Shown here one piece after another: positions 14,001-26,215 of a stretch of DNA of 64,000 bases. The notes under the pieces were generated by a model. It was given only the letters and a program-made list of their open reading frames with translations, made no database searches and was not told the DNA's origin. Source of the stretch: the human T2T-CHM13v2.0 reference genome, Homo sapiens; contig CP068257.2 in the NCBI GenBank assembly GCA_009914755.4, forward strand, positions 14,848,001 through 14,912,000, read 5' to 3'. Each line of letters begins with the position of its first letter. The stretch's first letter is position 1. A program made the position numbers and the translations under genes.

Positions 14001-15607
14001 TTTGAGTTCTGTGTTGATGAACACTTTTGAACTTCTCACTAATTCTGTAGATTGTCAGAATACGAGGTCCAAATTAAACTTATAGCAAATTTGATGAAGA
14101 CATAGAGTTGATTCTGATATGAATCTTACGAATGATAAAGGAGTACATTTTATATATTTAGAGTATTGATTCATACTAATTAATTGGAATGCCATTTAGG
14201 GGTCATTTATGATGTTATGGGGTTCAGCAATACAAGCATGAGAATTCCTTCTATTAAATAGAAAATTTATTTCCTGCTCTTTGGAAGGGTGAGGCCCATT
14301 TTGTAATTGGAGTGTGAATGTTGTAAACAATATTTGCTATTGTTTGATTGCTTTTAGAGCTGTATCAAAGAGCCTTAACCATTGTGTGTTATTTTTTGCT
14401 TTATAGCCTCTAACCTAAGCGTCAATATATATTGTTTTCACGTATTGTATTGATTGTATCAATGTCACGTAATTTTGTCAGCAACAGCCTAGTCAATTCC
14501 ATCTGTCCTGTTTTGATGACTGATTTCCTTATGTCAATAAATTGACAACTAAGTTATCCAAATGAGCAATCTAAAAAAGATTGCTTTTAATATGCTTTCT
14601 TCCCCTTGGACATTTAGACAACTTTATACCAAGTCTCTGTGCATCCATTATTAGTATATTCTGGCCAGCTAAGCCTCTCTGAAAAGCATGATTTTTACAT
14701 AATACATCTTTATTTGTTATATTGCTGTAATCAAATTATCTCTATGTTGTTGATCAGGGAGGAATTCTAGACATATAAGTAAAATATTGTGTGAATTTTA
14801 TTGAATGAAGCAATTAGGGCTCTTTGACCTTCTGGTTGCAACTTCTATTTTAGAAAGACATTAGAAACCCACATTTGAAAATGTCTAGGAATTTTCTCTT
14901 GGCAATATAGTGCTTTCATTTTTAAAGGCGGAGAAGAAAACTTCACTTTCTGGGTTGTACTTGTCTACAGAAAAATTGTACTGGAGCTTTAGTATGATCC
15001 TGACAAGTAGTTTAATCATCCCTGGCTGTAAAATACCTAACAAAGCTTGAGGGGGAAGATAAGACTTAAATTTTATAGAGAGTTCATTGTTTTGGGTACA
15101 ATTTGTCTATTATTTTCCTGCAGATATGATGATAATTATAACATAGTCATTAAAGCGGAGGTTACTTACCTAAAGAACAAAACAATACTTCTTTGTTAAT
15201 GATGAAGAGAAAGTTGTAAGTAATTTAGAGGTGAACATAAAGATGGAAGAAGTGAAGCTGTGCCGGGATCCTGGGGATGAGGGAGAAGACATCACAGGCT
15301 TCTGTAACACTCAAAATAACAAATGATGCATAAATAGTACAGCAATATTTAATAAGCATTTTGATATCTTTGATGACCACTTCAGAAAATGAACATTATT
15401 GAACAAAGTATAAAGCATATTTAAAATATTGAATCAAATGACAAGGACCAAGAATTGACAGTACCAGATTATACATACTAAAAAGAAAACAAAAAATTAA
15501 GTAATTATTTGAGAGAAAAAGTCTCAAAATGGATGTATCTTTAAAAAACTACACTGAATTAATAGAAGTTGGTATAGATTCAAACCAGGAACTGGAAATT
15601 CTTTTTA

Positions 15608-15916
15608 ATTTATTTTTTTGTTTTATATTTTTTTGAGACAGAGTCCCACTCTGTCACTCAGGCTGGAGTACAGTGGCACAATCTCTGCTCATTGTGACCT
15701 TTGCCTCCTGGGTTCAAGCGATTCTCATGCCTCAGCCTCCTGAGTAACTGGGACTACAGGCGTACGCCACCACGCCCAGCTAATTTTTGTGTCTTTAGTA
15801 GAGAGAGGATTTCACCATGTTGCCCAGGCTAGTCTCGAACTCCTGGCCTCAAGTGGTCTGCCTGCCTCAGCCTCCTAAAGTGCTGGGATTACAGGCATGA
15901 GCCACTACACCTGGGG
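15608..15916 (-). mobile_element. Alu SINE, full length, minus orientation
   Basis: T-rich tail then tttgagacagagtcccactctgtcactcaggctggagtacagtggc...cctaaagtgctgggattacaggcatgagccactacacctgg. Candidate TSD ggaaattct on both sides. Confidence 0.9.
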
Positions 15917-16712
15917 GAAATTCTCACCCTAAACATGAGCACAAAGTTTATCTGATAATTGCTCATATAAATAATCTACTTCCATGCAAAAAGTTTAGAT
16001 CAGTGTGAGAAACTATATTTAAATTTCACAAGTTAGAAATTTTAAATACAATTTATTATATTTTAATTATAATGTACTTATTTATAATTTAATTTTCATT
16101 CAGAGAATATCATAAAAAAACTTGTATGTGTTTCTTAAGCTCAAAGGGCACAAAATCTTATTATTTTGTAATCAAAGAACAAAATAGGAAAAACAAAACA
16201 ATGTATATGAGTACAAGGCATTTTTCACCTTCAATTTAATGCTTATAATGTAGTCCAGGTCTTCAAAGTAGCCTAAGCACCATGGTGCAACCACTTAATA
16301 TATTTTGATTTATGTTTATTTGTTTCTACAAATCACACGATGTGTAGATGAGTATTCTCAGGACACTGTGTCAGTAGTAATTTGTATTGGAAAAATTATT
16401 TTGCTAGATTTATTAACATTTACTACATTTTTTTCAAGAAATTGTTCATTTTGTCATAAAAGAATTTTTCCATCAGTCTATAATATCAAGAAGAAAGAAT
16501 GCAAAAACAGAAATAAAAAGGTGCATGGTGAGTGAATGAACAAACTGTAGAGTGTAAGATTTTTAGGAAGAAATTAAGGAACTGATTCATAAATAAAAGA
16601 AAATGGTAATGAAAACAAAGTGAATTGATTGCAAACATGCTGTTGATATAACCATAGAATACTGGATATCCATGGGAGAGCTTATAAATGCTACTGGACA
16701 TTTGTACACAAC

Positions 16713-16755
16713 TGTGTGTATATGTGTCTGTGTGTGTGTCTGTGTGTGTGTGTGA
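16713..16755. repeat. Imperfect (GT)n microsatellite
   Basis: gtgtgtatatgtgtctgtgtgtgtgtctgtgtgtgtgtgtgatg. Confidence 0.75.
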
Positions 16756-16989
16756 TGAGGAGTGGGGGGAGAAAGGATGCATCATTGTATTTTTTATTCT
16801 AGGTTTGTTTTTTATTTGTATGTAGTTACCACAATGATATTCAAATTTTAGGGGAAAATGAGAATTTTTTTACTTCTGCAAATATATTTAATACAACCCA
16901 TCCAAATTTATTCTAAATACATTTTGATACAATTTGTCAACCTATAATTCTTCAAGAAGTGGAATCAGCAGTTGGTAATAATTGCACAT

Positions 16990-17230
16990 CTGTGGTTAAT
17001 TAGCTCAGTTGGTTGAATCATGGAGCTAATGAGGCCAAAGCCTGGGTTTGATCTCTGCGTGGGCTGGTGAGTTTTGCTCTATTCCTGGGTCGTAGACTGC
17101 AGTTCAAACCCAGGCCAAGTATCTCATGGATGCATGCCACTGACCATAAGAAACTGGGCAAGAGAAAGTAACTTCAACAGGTCCGGAACACATCTTCAAA
17201 CTATATACAGCATCTGCTTGTTAATGTATG
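16990..17230 (+). mobile_element. MIR-like tRNA-derived SINE (diverged), with an internal inverted partial duplication
   Basis: tRNA-like head ggttaattagctcagttggttgaatcatggagc. Region gaggccaaagcctgggtttgatc resembles the MIR segment GGAGCCAGACTGCCTGGGTTCGAATCC, and ctgggcaagagaaagtaacttcaac resembles CTTGGGCAAGTTACTTAACCTC. The assignment is from memory of the MIR consensus. Confidence 0.4.
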
Positions 17231-18740
17231 AAGAGAAGCATTAGTTATGAACTCAGTACTCTCACAAAAAGACACACAGGAAACTTTCTGTGGCCTCAAA
17301 TGAAACATTGAGGAATAAGTAATATTAGGAATTACCTAACGAGCACATGGGAAATAGCTAATTCATAACCACAAATAGAATCTATTTCAAATGGCAAGGG
17401 AAGCAAAATCCCTGTCATTCCCACACATTGATTTTTCCTTGGTAGATTGTAAAGGTCTTTAAGGTGTTGGATGAAGAGTTCTGAATCAGCTGTGAAATAA
17501 GACAAAAGAGGGAGGAGAGAAAGCAGATGGAAAGCCAAAATGTCACATTCGTTTTAGATAAAGACTAGAGGATGTAGTTTAGACCCACAGGTAAGTGGGC
17601 TCCTTAACACTAACCTCAGAATTAGAGACATTTCCCACCAACATAGAGTAAGAAAACACAGGTCTCCCCAGTGCGACCAGCCTCACTTTGTGGCCTGATA
17701 ACGCTTTTTGTAGGAAGGTCATCCCCAAGGAGAAAAAGGGAAGAGAAAGGGAGTGTTGTCATATATGGACAGATCGTTTTTCTTACAAACATATAAATCA
17801 GATTGGGCCACTGGTTAACACTGAGTGAGAGAAGGAGAGAGGCCTGGATTGTTCCATATGAAAAAAAAAATCAAGAGTGGAAAATAATTCCTGCCACCTC
17901 CATCTTCAACTATATATTTTATTTTTAAATTGGATAAATGGCCAGTGTAAGATGAAAACCAAGAAAAATGCCAGAAACTGAGACTTAGACTGTATGTCCA
18001 TTGTGGTAGATAGAAACTTGTGAACTTACTAAGAATCAATGTATCTCTGTTGCAGTGTGATGGTCTTTCCTCATGGTCTCCCAAATTTCTAAGGGTAGTT
18101 GGTTCCCAGTATGTCTGCCACATTGTGATCACAAATATCATGATCATGAAGAAATGCTTTGTTTGGAAATGCCTACAAATAATGATGGAAGGGCCCAATT
18201 GAAAGTAAATATTTTGCTGAAATTATCCATTTACCAATTCATTATCATTAACAATGAACTCAACATAACATTAGTCTAATGAGATAGCTCATTTTTTTTT
18301 TTAAAAGTTATGTTGTCGAATATATCCTTTAAACATTGTCAGATATATTCCCTTTAGGGATTCACAATGCACTTCGTCTCTTTAATGTTTGACTTTATCA
18401 CAATGTTTTTCATACTTTGGTAAGTAATCCCATCTAACTGCTGTTTGATAATTTAAGTTTGGGAAACACTAATCAAAACCATAATGTGAGCAAGTTCTTT
18501 GTAGTAATATTTTATGATGTTTAGTTTACTAATAATTATGAATAGATAATTTATCTTTCAATGATGTTTGCTTTTAAAAAAGCTATAAATTCATGGCATA
18601 GTAAGTTGAAATAACATTTTAGTTGTAGAAATGATAATTAACAGCTTTTTGTAGATGCTGTTTTGTATTTTTTTTACTCTGTTATGGTCTATAGAGAAAG
18701 ACTCTTGGAGTGCATTTGCATTGCTGCCATTGTGATTTTC

Positions 18741-19626
18741 TTTTTTTATTATTATGCTTTAAGGTCTAGGGTACATGTGCACAACGTGCAGGTTTGTTAC
18801 ATAGGCATACATGTGCCATGTTGGTTTGCTGCACCCATCAACTTGTCATTTACATTAGGTATTTCTCCTAATGCTATCCCTCCCCCAGCACCCCCTGCAA
18901 CAGGCCACAGTGTGTGATGTTGCCTGCCCCGTGTCCAAGTGTTCTCATTGTTCACTTCCCACCTATGAGTGAGAACATGCGGTGTTTGGTTTTCTGTCCT
19001 TGTGATAGTTTGCTGAGAATGATGGTTTCCAGCTTCATCTATGTCCTTGCAAAGGACATGAACTCATCCTTTTTTATGGCTGCATAGTATTCCATGGTGT
19101 ATATGTGCCACATTTTCTTTATCTGGTCTATCATTGATGAACATTGGGCTGGTTCCAAGACTTTGCTGTGAATAGTACCACAGTAAACCTACGTGTGCAT
19201 GTGTCTTTATAGTAGAATGATTTATAATCTTTTGGGTATATACTCAGTAATGGGATTGCTGGGTCAAATGGTATTTCTAGTTCTAGATCCTTGAGGAATC
19301 ACCACACTGTCTTCCACAATGGTTGAACTAGTTTACACTCCCACCAAGTGTAAAAGGGTTCATTTTTCTCCACATCCTCTCCATCATCTGTTGTTTCCTG
19401 ACTTTTTAATGATTGCCATTCTAAATGGCATGAGATGGTATCTTATTTTGGTTTTGATTTGCATTTCTCTGATGACCAGTGATGATGAGCATTTTTTCAT
19501 GTGTATTTTGGCTGCACAAATGTCTTTTTTTGAGAAGTGTGTGTTCATATCCTTTGGCTACTTTTTGATGGGGTTGTTTGTTTTTATCTTGTAAATTTCT
19601 TTAAGTTCTTAGTAGATTCTTTAAGA
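18741..19626 (-). mobile_element. LINE-1 (L1PA-type) 3' terminal fragment, ~0.9 kb, 5'-truncated, minus orientation
   Basis: Poly(T) then the reverse complement of the L1PA 3'UTR/ORF2 end (ttattattatgctttaaggtctagggtacatgtgcacaacgtgcaggtttgttacataggcatacatgtgccatgttggtttgctgcacccatcaac ... gtgagaacatgcggtgtttggttttctgtcc ...). Moderately diverged from the young consensus. Confidence 0.9.
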
Positions 19627-19965
19627 ATCCTACATGTTATTTGTGGCTTACAAAAAACTTTAACCTTAGCTTATATAGAGATATTGATTGAGTTTAGATC
19701 TCAACCTCAAGATTCCATTGAAAGTGGTTATACAGACATCTAAGTTCATTTATTCCTCTTTAATAATACATACAGTCCTATTATTATTTATACAGTTAAT
19801 TTATCTTCGGGGAAGTCGTCAACAAAATGACATCACAAAAATTAATCAATTACATTCAAATGGAATAAAATGTAATCATGGAGATTCCAAATTATATTAA
19901 AAACATCTGTATACAAAATACTGTTTAAAATTAGGCCTTTTGTTGCAAAAAAAGAATTTTTAATT

Positions 19966-20149
19966 TGTCGCCCAGGCTGGAGTGCAGTGGCAGGATCTTG
20001 ACTCACTGCAACCTCCACCTCCCTGGCTCAGGCAATCCTTCTAACCTAGGCCTCCTGAGTAGCTGGGACTACAGGTGTGTGTCACCATGCCCAACCAACA
20101 TTTTTGGATTTTTGGTAGAGACAGGGTTTTACCATGTTGCCCAGGCTGG
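19966..20149 (-). mobile_element. Partial Alu (right-arm portion only, ~185 bp; no tail)
   Basis: tgtcgcccaggctggagtgcagtggcaggatcttgactcactgcaacctccacctccctggctcaggcaatcc...ggtagagacagggttttaccatgttgcccaggctgg. It stops before the left-arm complement. Confidence 0.85.
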
Positions 20150-21294
20150 GAAAATAATTCCTTTTTTAAAAAAGCCATCTTTTGGTATGTTTGTTTATTA
20201 TGATTCTACTTAAATTCTCACTGAATTCTTTTCCAGAAGTTATTGCAAAACAGAACTCTGAACATTCTTCCTGTTCTTTTCTGCACAAGCAAACAGTCCA
20301 TCCAGATAATCCGGATTTCGCCAAACTCAAACTTTACTTTTACTTATTGTCAGTGAATTTTACTCCCCTCTTAAAAATCTAGTGATCTAAACCAGACTAA
20401 AAAAAAAGTGTTCTATAAAATTATACAGGGAAAATCATTTTATATTGTATGCCTCCTCTTATCTTCATCACCCTCATAGGGGCAGGCAGGCTGGAGCGAG
20501 AGAGAAATAGAGGAAGAGATAAAGGAAGAAAAATGCAATAGAATGTATGTTTTCCCTGAAAAGCACACTCAGTGAACAAAATTAGCCCTTGGGTTGCACG
20601 GACCCTGGGTTTTACATCATGGCTATTGTTTATTACTTGGAAGTAAGTATTATTTCAGTTTATTGATTTGTAAAAGAGAATAATAGCATCTACCCTGCTA
20701 AACTTTCAAAGATATTAACTGACATAATATATGTAGCATCATATAAATGTACAGTCATGTAATATGTGCATATAGATGTACAATAATGTACATGATATAA
20801 ATGTATAATGGTAGCATCATCGCCCTTTTTAAGAAATGATGCTGAGAAATTTTTCTAGATAGCTTTCTGTTTATAAATATTTTCAATGTAGGTATAAAGT
20901 CCTGAGGTGTAAAAAAATGACTGTGATGGCTAATATTTAATTTTTAGTATGTGCTAGACATGTTCTGACTCTTTTAGATGAATATATTTTTATTTAATTA
21001 TTTCAATGACCCAATTAGGTAATTATTTCCTTTTATTCTTATTGCAAAGGAGAGGAAAGTGAACACACGTTGACTAAATGGCTTACCCCAGGTTACAATG
21101 CAAAAAGGGGTTCAGGTTATCTCGTCTACCCTTAGTTTTGACAGGCAATCTCTTCTATAGAATCCTTTCACACAATGTTCCAGCCTCTTGTGAAATTTAT
21201 TCCGGTAAATGAGGCAGGGCATGCTAGTATGCTCATTTTTCTGTGCAGACTCCCTTCCACAGTAACTCCATAGATTTAAAACAAACTTTTGTCC

Positions 21295-23560
21295 TTTTTT
21301 TTTTTTCAACTTTTATTTTAGATCCAGGGGTAACATGTACAGGTTTGTTACCTGGCTGTATTGCATAATGCTGAGGTTTGGGGCCAAATGATCCCATCAC
21401 TCAGGTACTGAGCCTCGTACCCAATAGCTAGTTTTACAGCCATTGACCTCCTCCCTTCCTCCCACCTTTAGAGTCCCAAGTGTCTATCATTGCCATCTTT
21501 ATGTCCATGCGTACCGAATATTTAGCTCCCACTTATAAGTGAAAACATGTGATATTTGGTTTTCTATTTGGCAAAAAATTAACTTGGGACAGTGTCCTCC
21601 AGCTGCATCCATGTTGCTGCAAAGGATAGGATCTCATTGTTTTTTACGGCTGCATAGTAGTCCATGTACCACATTTTCTTTATGCAGTCCTCTGTTGTTG
21701 GGCCCGTAGGTAGATTCCATGTCTTTGCTATTGTGAATAGTGCTCTGATGAACATGCCAGTGCATGTGTCTTTTTCATAGAATGCTTTGTTTTCTTTTGG
21801 CTATATAGCCAGTAATGGGATCGCTGGGTAGAATGATAGTCCAGGTTCTTTGAGAAATTACCAGACTGCTTTCCACAGTGGCTGAACTCATTTACATTCC
21901 CATGACCAGTGTGTAAGTGTTCCCTTTTCCCGCAGTCTTAGCAGCATCTGTTGTTTCTTACTTTTAGACAATAGCCATTCTGACTGGCCTGAGACAGTAC
22001 CTCATTGTGGTTTTAATTTGCATTTCTGTGATGATTAGTGATGTGGAACATTTTTTCATATATTTCTTGGCCACTTGTATGTCTTTCAAGATGTGTCTGT
22101 TCATGTTTTTTGCCTACTTTTTAATAGCTTTTTTAATTATTCAATTGTATAAGTTCCATATAGATCCTGGATATCAGGCCTTTGTTTGATGCATAATTTG
22201 TAAATGTTTTCTCCCATTCTGTAGGTTGTCTGTTTCCTCTGTTGATAGTTTCTTTTGCTGTGCAGAAGCTCTTTAGGTCCCACTTTGTCAATTTTTGTTT
22301 ATGTTGTGATTGCTTCTGAGAACTTAGTCATAAATTTTTTTCCCAAGGCCAATGTCCAAATGGTGTCGCCTAGGTTTTCTTCTAGCATTCTTATAGTTTG
22401 AAGTCTTAACATTTACATTTTTATTTCATCTTGAGTTAAATTTTTGTATATGGTGAAAAGTAAAGGTCCAGTTTTATTCTGCTGCATATGGCTAGCCAGC
22501 ATCAAGAATAGGAAGTCCTTTCTCCCTTGCTTACTTTTCAAATCAATTTTGTTGAATATCAGATAGGCTGTAGGTGTGCCACTTTATTTTTGGGGTCTTG
22601 ATTCTGTTCCATTGATCTTTGTGTCTATTTTTCTACTAGGACCATGTTGTTTGGTTACTATAGCCTTATAGTATAAAGTCAGGTCATTGTGATGCCTCCA
22701 GATTTGTTCATTTTGCTTAGGATTGCTTTGCCTATTTAGGCTCTTTTATGGTTCCATGTGAATTTTAGAATAGTTTTTTCAAATCCTGTGAAAAATGACA
22801 TTGGTAGTTTAATAGGAATATCTCTGAATCTGTAGATTGCTTTGGGCAGTCTGGCCATTTTAACGATACTGATGCTTTCAATCCATGAGCCTGGAGTGTT
22901 TTTCCATTTCTTTGTCTTTTAGTAGTGTTTTGTAGTTCTCCTTGTAGAGATCTTTCACACTCTGGGTTAGATGTATTCGGAAATATTTTATTTTTTGTGT
23001 GACTATTGTAAATGGGATTGCATTTTTAATTTGGCTCTCAGCTTGAGCTTTATTGATGTATAGAAATTCTACTGGTTTTTATACATTTATTTTTTATCTT
23101 GAAACTCTATTTAAGTTATTTATCAGTTCCAGGAGTCTTTTGGTGGCCTCTATGGTTTTCTACTAGTTATAATGGAAATAACTATGATTATTAAAATAAT
23201 CACTACTATAATAATTATGATTCTAATAAAGAATCATATCATATATGAAGAGAGATAGCTTGACTTATTTTCCTATTTGGCTGCCTTTTATTTCTTTCTC
23301 TTGTTTGATTGCTTTGGCTAGCACTTCCAGTTGTATGTTGAATAGGAGTGGTGAGAGCGGGCATCATTGTTTTGTTCTACTTCTCAAAGGGAATGCTTCC
23401 AGTTTTTGCCCATTCAGTATGATGTTGGTTGTGAGTTTGTCATAGGTAGCTTCTATTATTTTGAGGTATGTTCTTTCAGTGTCTAGCTTCTTGAGGGTTT
23501 TTATCATGAAAGGATTTTGGATTTTATCAAAAGCTTTGAAGAAGCATTTTGTTGAATTAA
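21295..23560 (-). mobile_element. LINE-1 (older, L1MA-like) 3' ~2.2 kb, minus orientation
   Basis: Poly(T) then ttcaacttttattttagatccaggggtaacatgtacaggtttgttacctggctgtattgcataatgctgaggtttggggccaaatgatcccatcactcaggtactgagc (antisense L1MA-type 3'UTR). L1 ORF2 antisense continues through ...tgaataggagtggtgagagcgggcatcattgttttgttc... to about 23560. Confidence 0.85.
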
Positions 23561-23982
23561 GTTGATACTTATTTTTTACTTATTACTAACAAGCATAAAT
23601 ACCTGAAACTGTAGAATAAAACACTTCTACAATATATCACTTCTATTGAAAAAAGGAATTTCAGTAATAATTTGGACAAATGATAGTGAAGGGAGTAGGA
23701 GGGGATATTTCTAAAAAAAATTCTGATACATCACAACAAGACTTTATAAGTGTAAAATTAGATGCTGCTTATTATGTACATGGAGAAAGGCATTTTGTAG
23801 TGTAGTCTGAGCAATAACCTTTTGAAATGAAACATATTAATCATGCTTGCTCAACATATGTAAGAAATCTTTGTAAACACATATGCACGTGTTATCATTT
23901 CAGAAGCTCAGGCTAAATAGTTAAATAGATCCATTCTCCACATCCTAGATAAATTTCTGGGTAAATAAACTATCATCTAGAT

Positions 23983-24112
23983 TTATCTAGTTACATTTTT
24001 AGATAAATTTATCTGGATACATTTTTAGATAAATTTATCTAGATACATTTTTAGATAAATTTATCTGGATACATTTTTAGGTAAATTTATCTAGATACAT
24101 TTTTAGGTAAAT
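23983..24112. repeat. Minisatellite: 26-bp unit (acatttttagataaatttatctggat) x5, alternating ctggat/ctagat variants, plus a partial unit upstream
   Basis: Read directly from the sequence. Each unit contains the perfect 14-bp palindrome agataaatttatct. The array is flanked by direct copies of tttctgg(g)taaa(taa)actatcatct. Confidence 0.9.
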
Positions 24113-24565
24113 TTATCTAGATAAGTTTCTGGATAAACTATCATCTTTATCAAATTCACATATCTGTAGTTAAACACTATGATCACAGATCCATTGTCTG
24201 TAAAGTAAATAATGCAAATGAAATTCAGAAGTCAATTCTGACCCCAGCTCTACTATAGACAAAGTTGTTTCCAAAAACAAGTTTGATTTCAAGTTGTTGG
24301 ATTGAAAAAAACAAAAAACAAAAAAGTATATACTCTGCATATCTAGATATTACTTTTAGCTTTGCTAATCTAGTTCTCTTTTCTATCTTAAAATAACAAA
24401 TAGAAAGATAGTCTTCTTTTTAAATTGAAAACATAATATAAAAAGTTGTAATTGTTTAACTGTATACATACACACATATATACATATAGACATGCACAAA
24501 TACATTTATGTACACACATTCTTCCCTTTTCATATCACTTTCCATTTTTATTTTTCTTTAAAAGC

Positions 24566-24691
24566 ATTTTTTGAGACATGGCTATCACTGTATCACCCAG
24601 TCTTTAATCAAACTCATGGGTTCAAGTGATCCTCCCACCTCAGCCTCCCAAGTAGCTGGAACTGCAAGGATGTACCACTATGCCTGGCTCC
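24566..24691 (-). mobile_element. Old, internally deleted Alu/FLAM-like fragment
   Basis: ttttttgagacatggctatcactgtatcacccag...ggttcaagtgatcctcccacctcagcctcccaagtagctggaactgcaaggatgtaccactatgcctggctcc. Confidence 0.5.
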
Positions 24692-26039
24692 ATTTTCAAG
24701 TAATAAGGAAACACAGATTTGACCAAGTAGTGCTGGGATTTGTTCATTAGAAATCCATTTCAAAAATATTTTGAAAACATGGTCAAGACACATAATGCAC
24801 CTGATAGCGTACTTGAATTATTCTATCAAAAATATGCAAATAATAAATTTATTGATGTATATACATTACACCTAGCTTTGTGTTTTCTCCTTTCTATCTT
24901 CTGCCCAAAGTGGGATATGTTACTGCCTATGAGCCACCATAGAGCAAACACTAGAGTGACTGCTTACTTTTTTTGTAGCCTTCTAGATATTACATCATTG
25001 GAATGTCAGACAAAGCCTTGAAATTCATACTCCATCAAGTATGTGATTTTTGTAATACTTTAGGAACAGAATAAATTTTAAAATATTTCACAGGATTGTG
25101 AAATTTTTACCCACCAGTGTCTAGGTGTACATGAAACTCTTCAGATTTTGTTTTCACCCCTTCTCACCCAACCTCCTTTTTACAACTGCTCTCAGTTATG
25201 ACCAGCACTTTACACTTTTAAAAGTACACATGACTTAACTGTCATAAGCCATCAGAGGAAAAACATTTGGCCTTATGTTAAAGAACTTTTTCACATGTTT
25301 TATCATTTCTACAAGATTTTAAGCTTTTTGAAGACATGGAACTATTTCTCGTGTAGCACTTTACACATATGCAGTACTCATTTTTTATTAAATATTAAAG
25401 GAGTGAAAGCCATCTTCACACTATTCTATGATTGGATTATCTGTATGTTTTTTCTGGGCCACTGAAGATTAAGTTGAATAAACGAGGAGCTGGCACAAAC
25501 CCTGACAGATAGTAGAAAGTTGACATCCTAACAGAGACAAAGAAAGAAGTATAAATGAAGATAATGAAACTCAAAATATAAATAAAAAATAAATATAACA
25601 TAATATAATAAAGAATATAAAATATAAAGACGATGTAGATTAGGGGTAAATAAATTCTATTTTTTAAAAACTGTATGGACCTTCTACTTTGGGCAGTAGG
25701 CTACATAGACATTGAATATTACAGCAATTTAAAGGATCATATTCTTTTTTGTGAAAGACTATCTTGTTCCATTAAGGAGATGGGACACTCTGTTCAATCA
25801 AAGTGCAAAATCAAAGCCTATAATCATGACACCTAGAAAACTAAATTTACCTAGAAAGCTAAAATTATGATAATGTTTTCTGTTTTGTAACTCCAAATAT
25901 GCAATAGTTTCTAAATATATATAATATATATATTTAGATACATATATTTAGATAAAATAATATATAATATATTTAAAAACATATTTTTTATTTTAAAAAT
26001 TATTTTAAATAGTCTTTGGTTAAGTTAATTTCTAGGTAT

Positions 26040-26215
26040 TTCTTTGGTTAGTTTCTACATACTGAATTTTATGTGTGGCTTTTGTAAATGGAATTTTTTA
26101 AATTTCATTTTCAGGTTGTTTACTGTTCGCGTATAGAAATGCTACTGGTTTTTGTGTATTGATTTTGTATCCTGCGATTTTACTGAATCAGTTTATGTAC
26201 AAATCACATACATTC
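26040..26215 (-). mobile_element. Short LINE-1 ORF2 antisense fragment
   Basis: ttttgtaaatggaattttttaaatttcattttcaggttgtttactgttcgcgtatagaaatgctactggtttttgtgtattgattttgtatcctgcgattttactgaatc resembles the antisense L1 ORF2 segment ...tgctattgtaaatgg...gtgtatagaaatgc...attttgtatcctgc. Confidence 0.5.

Noticed and set aside
17815-18198. 127-aa minus-strand ORF in unique sequence
   Set aside because: No recognisable domain or motif, AT-rich codon usage, no splice or CpG context, and it overlaps short ORFs on the other strand. It is within the chance expectation for 64 kb x 6 frames. It could be re-examined if the locus maps inside a coding exon.
23983-24112. Regular short direct repeats that could be mistaken for a CRISPR array
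   Set aside because: The units are contiguous with no unique spacers, are AT-rich 26-mers in a eukaryotic repeat context, and there are no cas-like ORFs anywhere in the window. This is a minisatellite.
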